Notes under the pieces: model-generated
Seen by the model: the letters and a program-made list of their open reading frames with translations, nothing else
What the model was told of the DNA's origin: nothing
The model's database searches: none
Origin: Alphaproteobacteria bacterium MarineAlpha9_Bin1
GTDB taxonomy: Bacteria > Pseudomonadota > Alphaproteobacteria > TMED109
Assembly: GCA_002937675.1 (NCBI GenBank)
Contig: PTKJ01000001.1
Coordinates: 1-53,882 of the forward strand
Direction: 5' to 3'
Length of the DNA: 53,882 nt
Part shown: in pieces, positions 1-8,430 of the stretch
Layout of the letters: each line of letters opens with the position of its first letter
How positions within the stretch are numbered: the stretch's first letter is position 1
Program-made: the position numbers and the translations under genes

Positions 1-1386
1 AAATTTTCTAATGGAGAAAAAGTATTAGCAGAAGATGTAATATACTCATGGAAATTATTAAAAGAGAAGGGAAGACCACATACTAGGTCATACTATTCCT
101 TGGTAAAAAAAGCATATTCACTGGGAAATCATTTAGTCCGGTTTGAATTTTCACAAAAAAGCAATTATGAAATGCCTTTAATAATTGGACTATTACCTAT
201 TCTTTCTAAGTCCTACTGGAAAGATAAAAATTTCAATAAGACAATCTTGGAGCCTATAGTCAGCTCTGGTCCTTATAAAATAAAAAAAATAGAGGCTGGT
301 AGGCTTATTATATATGAGAAGGATGTAAATTGGTGGCGAAAAAATAGTAAGGATAGTTCAGGCAGATATAATTTTCAATTTATAAGATATGATTTTTATA
401 GAGATGCAAATATTGCCTTAGAAGCATTCCTGTCAGGTGAATATGATATACATATTGAAAATGATTCGGTTAGATGGAAAACAAATTTGGTTAATAATAG
501 TCAAATTATAACCAAAACATATCCAAAAAAATCTCCCTCGGGAATAGAAGCTATTATTTTTAATTCTAGAAGAACACCTTTCGACGATATAAACGTGAGA
601 AAAGCTGTTTCTCTATTATTTCCTTATGACTTCATAAATAAAATTCTATTTCATAATTTACTTTCTAGAACCTATGGGCCGTGGGACAACAGTAATCTTC
701 AAGCAACTGAACAACCTAATCCTACTTCCTTCAGTATAATTTCTAAATATAAAGATCAAATTAGTCTCGAAGCATTAAAAATAATTAATATCAATAAACC
801 TCTAAATAATAGAGCCTTAGTGAAAAAAGCCTTAAATCTTTTAAATGAATCCGGGTGGAAATTAGAAAACAACAAAATGGTAAGCAAAAAGAATAAAAAA
901 AAATTAACGTTCTCAGTTATTACAAACCAGGCAAGAATGGAAAAATTACTGCTTGTATGGGCGCAACAATTAGAAAAAATAGGAGTTGACTTAAGAGTTC
1001 GTGTTACGGATAGCTCTCAATTTCAATACAGGCTACAAAGTTTTGATTTTGATTCAATTGTTTTTAAATATTACATGTCTCTTTCACCAGGAAATGAGCA
1101 ATACATATACTGGGGTAATTGGGCAGCAAGTCAAAGCGGGTCACGTAATTATGCAGGAATAAATCATCCAGCAATAGATGAAAGTATTAATGTGATCGTA
1201 AATTCTAAAAACAGGGATAAGCTTATAGAAGCAACACAAACACTTGACAGACTTTTGAGGGCAGGAAAATGGATGCTTCCATTATTTCACGATCCAGTTC
1301 ATAGAATCGCTTTTCAAAAAGATATAAAAATTCCTTCATCAATGCCTTTATATGGTTTTAATCCATGGGTATCTTGGCGTCAGTAA
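1..1386 (+). CDS. ABC transporter periplasmic substrate-binding protein, family 5 (peptide/YejA-like); the 5' end lies outside the window
   Basis: Frame 1 is open from nt 1 (KFSNGEKVLAEDVIYSWKLLKEKG...) and runs into the 100..1386 ORF. The FxxGxxxxAxDVxxSW block and overall layout are typical of SBP_bac_5 proteins. Confidence 0.7.
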   Translation, partial: KFSNGEKVLAEDVIYSWKLLKEKGRPHTRSYYSLVKKAYSLGNHLVRFEFSQKSNYEMPLIIGLLPILSKSYWKDKNFNKTILEPIVSSGPYKIKKIEAGRLIIYEKDVNWWRKNSKDSSGRYNFQFIRYDFYRDANIALEAFLSGEYDIHIENDSVRWKTNLVNNSQIITKTYPKKSPSGIEAIIFNSRRTPFDDINVRKAVSLLFPYDFINKILFHNLLSRTYGPWDNSNLQATEQPNPTSFSIISKYKDQISLEALKIININKPLNNRALVKKALNLLNESGWKLENNKMVSKKNKKKLTFSVITNQARMEKLLLVWAQQLEKIGVDLRVRVTDSSQFQYRLQSFDFDSIVFKYYMSLSPGNEQYIYWGNWAASQSGSRNYAGINHPAIDESINVIVNSKNRDKLIEATQTLDRLLRAGKWMLPLFHDPVHRIAFQKDIKIPSSMPLYGFNPWVSWRQ

Positions 1387-1452
1387 TAAACTAAAAAATC
1401 TTTTAAATAAATATGAAAGTTATATATAGTAAAGTTCAAGTTAGGAAAAAAT

Positions 1453-2463
1453 TTGACTTACAAAATAGACATTATAGGAAAATCAACCATAACAGTGGAT
1501 GATGGTGATTGCATATTAGAATCTGCACTTTCTCAAAAAGTGGATTTTCCACATGGTTGCAAATCTGGGAATTGTGGGGCATGCAAATCTAAATTAGTCT
1601 CTGGAGATATTTATATGATGCCATATTCAGAATTTGCACTAGAAGACTCTGAGAGAAAAAAAAAATTAATTCTAGCTTGTCGTGCTATACCTCAGACAGA
1701 TTGTAGTATTAAGATAGTTAACGAAAATAAAGAAAAAACTATTAAACAAAGCATAAAAGAATTAAAATATAAAGTTTCAAAAATAAACAAAGTAACAACA
1801 GATATAATTACTATAGAATTAGAAAATATTTCTGATAAAAAATTTAAGTTTTTAGCTGGACAATATGCAGAATTAAAATTTAGCAACTTGGATTCCAGAC
1901 AATTTTCTATGGCAAATTGTCCCTCAGAAGATAAATTAGAATTTCATATTAAAATACTGGGTGAGGGACTAGTAAGTGATTATGTTTCTAAAGAATTAAG
2001 TATAGAAGAAAAAGTTTTAATAACCGGTCCCTTCGGAAACTCTTATTTAAGAGAAAACCACAAGGGCCCAATATTATGTGTAGCAGGAGGAACCGGATTA
2101 GCACCTATTCTCTCTATAGCACTTTCTTATCAAGAGAAAAAAATGAAACAACCAGCCTATATATACGTAGGAGCTAAAACAGAAAATGATTTTTACTACC
2201 TGGATCAATTTATTAAAATAGCAAAGAATAATTCAAAATTTAAATTTTTTCCAATTATTTCGGAACAAAAAAATACTAGTAATTTTAGAACTGGACTAGT
2301 TACAGATGTTATAATAGAAGACATAGAAGACTTTGATGGATTTAAAGCATATTTAGCTGGACCTCCCCCAATGGTTGAAGCAGCAGAAAAGTTTTTTCCC
2401 AATCTTGGGCTTAATATAAATGATATTCATGCGGATGCTTTTTACAATAAATATGAGAATTAG
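1453..2463 (+). CDS. Oxygenase reductase: N-terminal plant-type 2Fe-2S ferredoxin fused to an FAD/NAD(P)H ferredoxin-reductase module (BenC/MMOR-type order)
   Basis: Cys cluster CKSGNCGACKSKL...LACR, flavin motif RQFSMAN, and NAD-binding GGTGLAP. TTG start with AGGAA upstream. Confidence 0.85.
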   Translation: MTYKIDIIGKSTITVDDGDCILESALSQKVDFPHGCKSGNCGACKSKLVSGDIYMMPYSEFALEDSERKKKLILACRAIPQTDCSIKIVNENKEKTIKQSIKELKYKVSKINKVTTDIITIELENISDKKFKFLAGQYAELKFSNLDSRQFSMANCPSEDKLEFHIKILGEGLVSDYVSKELSIEEKVLITGPFGNSYLRENHKGPILCVAGGTGLAPILSIALSYQEKKMKQPAYIYVGAKTENDFYYLDQFIKIAKNNSKFKFFPIISEQKNTSNFRTGLVTDVIIEDIEDFDGFKAYLAGPPPMVEAAEKFFPNLGLNINDIHADAFYNKYEN

Positions 2464-2469
2464 ATAAAA

Positions 2470-3414
2470 ATGGGTAAAGGATTATTAGAGAATAGAATTG
2501 CTATAGTATCAGGAGGAGCTAGAGGAATAGGAAAAGCAATTGCTTTTAGTCTAGCTCAACAAGGATGCAATATAGTCATTATAGATCCAGGATTTTCCAT
2601 AGAAGGTGAAGAAACTAATGAAAATAATTTAGTTCAAGAGACCGCAGAGACAATATCTAAGAAATACAATGTAAAAGTTTTAGGATATTCAAGTGATATT
2701 TCAGACTATGAAGTAGTAAAAAACATCTGTGATGAAGTAAAAAGTAGCTTTGGAAAAATAGATATTATAGTTAATAATGCTGCCATTTTAAGAGATAGTT
2801 TCATATTTAAATTAGATCAACACAGTTGGAGAAAGGTAATCGATACTAATCTTTCTGGTTCTTTCAATCTTACTTCATGTTCTAGCAAGATTATTAGAGA
2901 GCAAACTAAAAATGACTCTAGTTATTCTGATGGAAGAATTTTAAATATTATTTCCACAGCGGGAATATGGGGCAACTATGGACAAGCTGCCTATGCTTCT
3001 GCAAAGGCAGGATTAATGGCGCTCACGAGAGTTACTGCTCTAGATTTACAGAGGGCTGGCATTACTTGCAATGCAATTGCTCCATTCGCTTCTACAAGAG
3101 TTACAGAATCTATTAACCCACAAAATGAGGAACAAAAAAACTACAAATCTTCTGCTTTAAAAATTAAAGCACACTACGTAGGAGAATTGGCGTCAGCACT
3201 AGCTAGCAATAATGGTAAGAACATAACCGGGCAAGTATTTGGAGTAAGAGGAAAAGAAGTCTTTATTTTCAATAATGCAAATCCAGTGTATACTCATATA
3301 CGTAATTCGAATAATATAGAGGACCTAATAAAAGAGATTACAAATAATTTTACTAGACATTCTAGCCCACTTAAAACTGATTTAGAGGTGTTTTCTTCTG
3401 ATCCCATATTGTAA
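2470..3414 (+). CDS. Short-chain dehydrogenase/reductase, MFE-2-type (3R)-hydroxyacyl-CoA dehydrogenase-like
   Basis: VSGGARGIGKA glycine motif, NNAAILRDSF, GNYGQAAYASAKAG (YxxxK), and CNAIAPFASTRVTE. These blocks parallel the dehydrogenase domain of multifunctional enzyme 2 as I recall it. Confidence 0.75.
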   Translation: MGKGLLENRIAIVSGGARGIGKAIAFSLAQQGCNIVIIDPGFSIEGEETNENNLVQETAETISKKYNVKVLGYSSDISDYEVVKNICDEVKSSFGKIDIIVNNAAILRDSFIFKLDQHSWRKVIDTNLSGSFNLTSCSSKIIREQTKNDSSYSDGRILNIISTAGIWGNYGQAAYASAKAGLMALTRVTALDLQRAGITCNAIAPFASTRVTESINPQNEEQKNYKSSALKIKAHYVGELASALASNNGKNITGQVFGVRGKEVFIFNNANPVYTHIRNSNNIEDLIKEITNNFTRHSSPLKTDLEVFSSDPIL

Positions 3415-3431
3415 AATAAAAGGATTGTTAA

Positions 3432-4139
3432 ATGAGCAATGATTTTATTCCCCCTAAAGTTGAGACTTGTGAAGAACTAGATAATCATCCTGCTGAATTT
3501 AAAGAGGCCATCATAAAGTTAGTAAGAAGCCATGCCGTCAATGAACTTTACGGCGCTAGAGTGTTTGATGAACCAGCAATTTCTCTTGCTCCTACCCCTT
3601 ATGCTAAATGGCTTACTTGCAGAGTAGCTATGGAGGAGTATGGTCATCACGTAAGATTTAAAGAACTAGGAGAAAAACTAAATATACCTTATGAACAAAT
3701 GACCCCAGAGGGTAAAAACCCATTATCAATATTTGAATTTCCCTTAAAGACATGGGAAGAGTTTTGTGTCATTAAACTTTTAGCAGATCTAGCAGAAATA
3801 TTACAGGTTGAAGATTTATTAGAATGCACCTTTCTACCGTTAAAAAATGTAGCGAAAATGACAATGCCTGAAGAAAAGTTTCACGCAAAGTTTGGAGAAG
3901 ATTTTACCACAGAAATTATTAAAACCGAAAAAGGTAAAAAAGAAATTCAGGATGCTATAAACCACTATTTTCCTATGCTTCCAGCTTTTTTTGGTCGCCC
4001 TAACTCTAAAAACAATGCTATTTATAGGAAGTGGGGAATAAAAAAAAGAAAAAACGAAGAAATGTTAGAGGATTATTTAAATATTACACATAAACTAGTA
4101 GTAGAAAAACTGTCGCTGGAGTTACCTAAAATTCATTAA
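3432..4139 (+). CDS. Ferritin-like di-iron oxygenase subunit, PaaA-like (phenylacetyl-CoA epoxidase catalytic-subunit family), short form
   Basis: Two ExxH motifs (MEEYGHH and PEEKFHAKFG). Blocks SHAVNELYGA and IQDAINHYFPMLPAFFG parallel PaaA QHAHSE, DEAGH, KEESFHQRQG and LQDAINRFWWP. Confidence 0.65.
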   Translation: MSNDFIPPKVETCEELDNHPAEFKEAIIKLVRSHAVNELYGARVFDEPAISLAPTPYAKWLTCRVAMEEYGHHVRFKELGEKLNIPYEQMTPEGKNPLSIFEFPLKTWEEFCVIKLLADLAEILQVEDLLECTFLPLKNVAKMTMPEEKFHAKFGEDFTTEIIKTEKGKKEIQDAINHYFPMLPAFFGRPNSKNNAIYRKWGIKKRKNEEMLEDYLNITHKLVVEKLSLELPKIH

Positions 4140-4182
4140 TGTATGTGAAATATATTTCATAATAAAATAAGAAGTTATAAAT

Positions 4183-5226
4183 ATGGAAAACAATAATACA
4201 ACTAATAATTTTAAAAATAATTTTTATAACGATATTAAGCAATTACACCTAGCACCATTATGGGAAGTTTTGTCGAATCTTGTAACCACAAGCCCAAAGA
4301 CAAAAGCAGTTCCACACCTATGGAAATGGGAAAATATAAAAAAGCATGTCCTTACATCCGGAGAGGTAATATCAGCTGAAGAAGCTGAAAGGAGAGTACT
4401 CATTCTTGAAAACCCTGGAATGAAAGGAGAAAGCAAAATAACTGATACCCTTTATGCAGGACTGCAATTAATTCTTCCTGGAGAAATAGCTCCCAGCCAT
4501 CGACATACGCAATCGGCTTTGAGATTTATTATAGATGGGAATGGAGCATATACAACAGTAGATGGGGAAAAAACAACAATGCTTCCTGGAGATTTTATAA
4601 TTACACCTTCTTGGACATGGCATGATCATGGTAATGAATCTGATGAGCCTATGATATGGCTTGATGGACTAGATATACCTATAATTCAGCAATTTACTTC
4701 TAGTTTTACAGAAAGACTAGGGCAAAAAACTCAAATTATAAATAAACCAGAAGGAGATTCTTTAGCACGTTTTGGATCAGGATTACTTCCTGTTAATAAT
4801 ATTTCATTAAACAATAAAGTATCCCCTGTGTTTTCATACCCCTACAGTCGGACGCGTGAAGCTTTAGAAAAAATGAAGAATAGAGATAAATGGGATGAAT
4901 CTCATGGAATAAGATTAAAATATACTAATCCATTAAATGGTGGACACGCAATACCGACAATGGCAACTTTTATGCAATTACTTCCTAAATCTTTTAGTGG
5001 AAAATATAGCAGAAGCACAGATGGAACAATTTATTGTGTGATAGAAGGATTCGGAGAAACAGTGATTGGAGAAGAAAAATATAACTGGAGTAAAGGAGAT
5101 GTCTTTGTTGTTCCAGGTTGGTTTAAATTCAAACATAATACACAAGAAGAAGCCGTTCTGTTTTCGTACTCAGATAGGCCGGTTCAAGAAATGTTAGGTC
5201 TTTTTAGAGAAGAAGTTATGGAATAG
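4183..5226 (+). CDS. Gentisate 1,2-dioxygenase family bicupin
   Basis: 347 aa. Cupin 1 has PSHRHTQSALRFIIDGNGAYTTVDGEK...WHDHGN, and the second cupin has GDVFVVPGW. Both are typical of gentisate/1-hydroxy-2-naphthoate dioxygenases. Confidence 0.8.
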   Translation: MENNNTTNNFKNNFYNDIKQLHLAPLWEVLSNLVTTSPKTKAVPHLWKWENIKKHVLTSGEVISAEEAERRVLILENPGMKGESKITDTLYAGLQLILPGEIAPSHRHTQSALRFIIDGNGAYTTVDGEKTTMLPGDFIITPSWTWHDHGNESDEPMIWLDGLDIPIIQQFTSSFTERLGQKTQIINKPEGDSLARFGSGLLPVNNISLNNKVSPVFSYPYSRTREALEKMKNRDKWDESHGIRLKYTNPLNGGHAIPTMATFMQLLPKSFSGKYSRSTDGTIYCVIEGFGETVIGEEKYNWSKGDVFVVPGWFKFKHNTQEEAVLFSYSDRPVQEMLGLFREEVME

Positions 5227-5242
5227 GTTAACCTTAATTTCA

Positions 5243-5791
5243 ATGAATGGATCTACAGAAAATATTATTAATAAATTTAACAATTCAATTTTAGATATAA
5301 ATTGGTTTTCTAATATTGGAGAATTTAGTGAACAGAATACTCTAAAAGATGTAAACAATTATCTATGTTCTATAAATAGAGTTGCTACATTAAAAATAAT
5401 TTCTAGTTGGGATGATGCTTCTATAATAATAAATAGCCCAGAATTTGACAAAAATCTCTGGAAAGAGGAAGAAAACGAGAAAAAGTTACTTTATTTAGAT
5501 ATTATTAAAAACATTTCAAAAGAAGAATTAAGTAAATATTTATCTATTATAACCAAAACATCTTATGAAATTATTAATAATACTTTAATTGAGATAGCAA
5601 AAAAAAATAAGATCAGAGATCAATATTTTGTTAAAGTGGCTGGAGGAGCAGCAGGCTTAGCATGTCACCAAAAAACCCTAGCTTTGATATCTGAAGCAGG
5701 ACAAACTCACATGTTCCATACTAAATTTACACTATTCACATTGGGACATTGGCCACTCATGATAAGTAGGGATAAAATAAGTATTTTTTGA
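5243..5791 (+). CDS. Hypothetical protein (no recognisable motif)
   Basis: 182-codon ORF on the same strand, 16 nt after the dioxygenase and 28 nt before the thioesterase. No signal peptide. Confidence 0.5.
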   Translation: MNGSTENIINKFNNSILDINWFSNIGEFSEQNTLKDVNNYLCSINRVATLKIISSWDDASIIINSPEFDKNLWKEEENEKKLLYLDIIKNISKEELSKYLSIITKTSYEIINNTLIEIAKKNKIRDQYFVKVAGGAAGLACHQKTLALISEAGQTHMFHTKFTLFTLGHWPLMISRDKISIF

Positions 5792-5819
5792 TATTATATA
5801 AAAGGAATTACTACAAATT

Positions 5820-6257
5820 ATGACCTTAAAAAAAAATATATATAAAATAACAGTTAATTGGGGGGATTGTGATCCAGCAGGAATAGTATTCTACCCAAAT
5901 TTTTATAAATGGATGGATGAAGCTCACTGGGACTACTTTGATCAGATAGGTCAATCAATTATAAAACTTAAAAAACAATATAAAATTATAGGTTTGCCAC
6001 TACTGCAAACCAGCGGTATCTACTATAAACCTTGCAAACAGGGTGATAATTTGGAATTAGAAACTAGATTAATAGAGCTAAAAAAATCCAGCCTTAGACT
6101 TCAATATATTATAACTAATAAAGGACATATTGCATCTATCGGATATGAAGCAAGAATATGGGCTAAGAAAAAAGATACTAATATTTCTTCTCAGACCATA
6201 CCGTTCAGAGTTAAGAATGAATTACTAAAATACATCAAAGATGAAATAATATTATGA
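5820..6257 (+). CDS. Hotdog-fold acyl-CoA thioesterase, 4-hydroxybenzoyl-CoA thioesterase/YbgC family
   Basis: N-terminal VNWGDCDPAGIVFYPNFYKWMDEA matches the DxDxxGxVxxxxY signature. About 145 aa. Confidence 0.8.
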   Translation: MTLKKNIYKITVNWGDCDPAGIVFYPNFYKWMDEAHWDYFDQIGQSIIKLKKQYKIIGLPLLQTSGIYYKPCKQGDNLELETRLIELKKSSLRLQYIITNKGHIASIGYEARIWAKKKDTNISSQTIPFRVKNELLKYIKDEIIL

Positions 6258-7495
6258 AATCAAATATCGGAATAAACAAAAATAGACTCATAAAAAGTAT
6301 CGAGGAAATGGCCCAAATTGGCGCTACTGCCAAAGGGGGTGTTAACCGACAGGCTTTAACTGATTTAGATAAAGTATCAAGAGATTTATTCATAAAATGG
6401 TGCAAAAACGAAAACTTAAAAATTACCATAGATAAAATGGGAAATATATTTGCTAGGAGACAAGGTAAAAACAATAATCTTCCTCCAATCTTAAGCGGTA
6501 GCCATTTAGACACCCAACCGACTGGTGGTAAATATGACGGGGCTTTAGGAGTTTTGTCTGCTTTGGAGGTTATACGAAGTTTAAATGACATAAAATATAT
6601 CACCGAAGCTCCTTTAGAAATCGTTGTATGGACTAATGAAGAAGGCTGTCGTTTTCCACCTGCTATGACTGGCTCTGCCGTTTTTTCAGGCCAGTATAAC
6701 TTAAATGATGCATTATTAATTGAAGATTTAGATGGTAAAACTCTTGGAGAAGAACTTTCTAGAATAAAATATAATGGTAAAACAAATTGTAGACCTAGAA
6801 AAATAGGTGCTTTCATAGAAACACATATAGAACAAGGACCAATTCTAGAAATTGCAGATAAATCAATTGGTGTAGTTGTAGGCTCTCAAGCACAAAAATG
6901 GTATGAAGTTAACATTGTTGGCATGGAAGCACATGCGGGTCCTACTCCTATGAACAAAAGAAAAGATGCTCTCGTTGGAGCTTCAAATATTGTTTTGCTA
7001 GTCAACTCCATAGGTAATAAATTTCAGCCAGGTGGATGTTCTACCTGTGGAGTTTTAAATATCAAATCACCTTCAAGAAACGTAATACCTGGTGAATGTT
7101 TTCTAACTATAGATTTTAGACACCCTAGTGATCAAAGACTTAAAGAGATGGATAAAAATTTGAGATTAGAAATAAAAAAAATTGCAAATAATTATAATTT
7201 GAAAATTTCCATTAAACAGATTTTGGAGCTCAAATCGAAATCTTTTAATAAAAAAGTTAGAAAAACTATTGAAAAAGTCTCTTCAAATTTAGAGCTACCA
7301 CATCAAGAAATTATTTCTGGTGCAGGACATGATGCTGTAAACATAAATGATATTGCCCCTACTGGAATGATTTTTATTCCTTGTGTAGATGGAATAAGTC
7401 ATAATGAAACAGAAAAAGCTTTAAAAAAAGATATATCAGCAGGCGCGCAGGTATTGCTACACTCTATGATTGAGCTTGCAGATAATACTAAATGA
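6254..7495 (+). CDS. M20 Zn-dependent amidohydrolase (allantoate amidohydrolase / N-carbamoyl-L-amino-acid hydrolase / beta-ureidopropionase subfamily)
   Basis: GSHLDTQPTGGKYDGALGVLSALEV, WTNEEG, and GAGHDA. ATGA overlap with the upstream thioesterase. Confidence 0.85.
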   Translation: MKSNIGINKNRLIKSIEEMAQIGATAKGGVNRQALTDLDKVSRDLFIKWCKNENLKITIDKMGNIFARRQGKNNNLPPILSGSHLDTQPTGGKYDGALGVLSALEVIRSLNDIKYITEAPLEIVVWTNEEGCRFPPAMTGSAVFSGQYNLNDALLIEDLDGKTLGEELSRIKYNGKTNCRPRKIGAFIETHIEQGPILEIADKSIGVVVGSQAQKWYEVNIVGMEAHAGPTPMNKRKDALVGASNIVLLVNSIGNKFQPGGCSTCGVLNIKSPSRNVIPGECFLTIDFRHPSDQRLKEMDKNLRLEIKKIANNYNLKISIKQILELKSKSFNKKVRKTIEKVSSNLELPHQEIISGAGHDAVNINDIAPTGMIFIPCVDGISHNETEKALKKDISAGAQVLLHSMIELADNTK

Positions 7496-7526
7496 TTGTT
7501 TAAAATATTATTTTAAGGAATAAACC

Positions 7527-7874
7527 ATGACATTTAACTGGACTGAAGCAAAAGTAAAAAAACTAGAAAAATTATGGACTAAAAACACACCAGCAAGGGA
7601 TATCGCAAAACAACTAGGTAAGGGAATTAGTAGAAATGCTATAATAGGTAAAGCAAACAGACTTGGACTCACTAGAACAGCAGAAAAAAAAGAAAAAAAA
7701 AATATTATAGTAAATGAAGACGTACTTCTCGATACTAGGGGTTGTCGCTGGCCATTCGGTGATCCTGGCAACGAAGATTTTCACTTTTGTGGAGATATAC
7801 AAGTACCAGGAAAACCATATTGCTTAGAACACTGTATGATTGCTTACAGAAAAAAAGATTCAAAGAGAGGGTAA
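7527..7874 (+). CDS. gcrA: Cell-cycle regulator GcrA (short, 115 aa)
   Basis: N-terminal WTEAKVKKLEKLW...ARDIAKQLG..ISRNAIIGKANRLGL. C-terminal CRWPFGDP...FHFCG...PYCLEHC. Confidence 0.85.
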   Translation: MTFNWTEAKVKKLEKLWTKNTPARDIAKQLGKGISRNAIIGKANRLGLTRTAEKKEKKNIIVNEDVLLDTRGCRWPFGDPGNEDFHFCGDIQVPGKPYCLEHCMIAYRKKDSKRG

Positions 7875-7875
7875 T

Positions 7876-8127
7876 TTATTTTTTTCTATTTTTTGCGAGC
7901 TGTTTTCTTATTGTTTTGTCTAATTCTTCTCTGAGAATTTCTCTTGCTACCTTATCAATATTTTCGTTCAACCATTTTTTAAGAAGATCACTTGCTACTT
8001 TATTTACAACCTCTTTTAAAATCTTTTGAGTATCTTCTACCGCAAAAGTATCTGCGTACTTTGCAAGCTCTGCCTTTACTGCTATCGCAGTTTCTTTTGA
8101 TAAAATTTCTTTAGTCTTATTAACCAT
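7876..8127 (-). CDS. Small DUF2497 / PopZ C-terminal-domain-like protein
   Basis: The 83-aa C-terminal LLKKWLNENIDKVAREILREELDK resembles the PopZ/DUF2497 block LLKEWLDxNLPxxVExxVxEE. ATG start. Confidence 0.5.
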   Translation of the reverse strand: MVNKTKEILSKETAIAVKAELAKYADTFAVEDTQKILKEVVNKVASDLLKKWLNENIDKVAREILREELDKTIRKQLAKNRKK

Positions 8128-8430
8128 TCTAACTCACTTAATCCACAATAATATATACTTATACAATTATTATTAACCTATAAACCTTCTTATTATAAAT
8201 CTAATTATTTTTTTTAAAAATAAAATTCCTATTGGGCTTTTTATTGTTCTCAGTAGCAAAGTTTTTATTTTTGGATAAAAATTCCATATGAGAAAAAATA
8301 TAACGGTTATGATTAATACTATTAATACGATTCTAATCATTCAACTATTTTCAATAAATTTACTGCTTAATAATTAATTTTATTCTATAATTATCATTAT
8401 TTCATGAGAAAGAAAACATGAGTAGGACAT

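Noticed and set aside
6235-6816. 193-aa minus-strand ORF. Similar antisense ORFs occur at 1692..1886, 2205..2402, 4224..4436, 7508..7771, 7614..7802, 8796..9002, 15141..15473, 27907..28251, 33405..33758, 34361..34870, 34400..34777, 35688..35951, 38879..39130, 41302..41577 and 42950..43234.
   Set aside because: Each lies entirely antisense to, or out of frame within, a longer ORF that carries strong family motifs. Their translations are low-complexity with no recognisable domains, so they are shadow ORFs.
7496-7526. TTAA...TTAA pair upstream of gcrA as a CtrA box.
   Set aside because: The spacing is 9 nt, not the canonical 7, and TTAA is very frequent in this AT-rich DNA.
7787-8029. 80-aa plus-strand ORF overlapping the gcrA 3' end and the DUF2497-like gene.
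   Set aside because: It overlaps gcrA in another frame, and its product is a featureless Phe/Leu/Ser-rich string. The minus-strand ORF has a PopZ/DUF2497-like C-terminal block and a clean ATG start.
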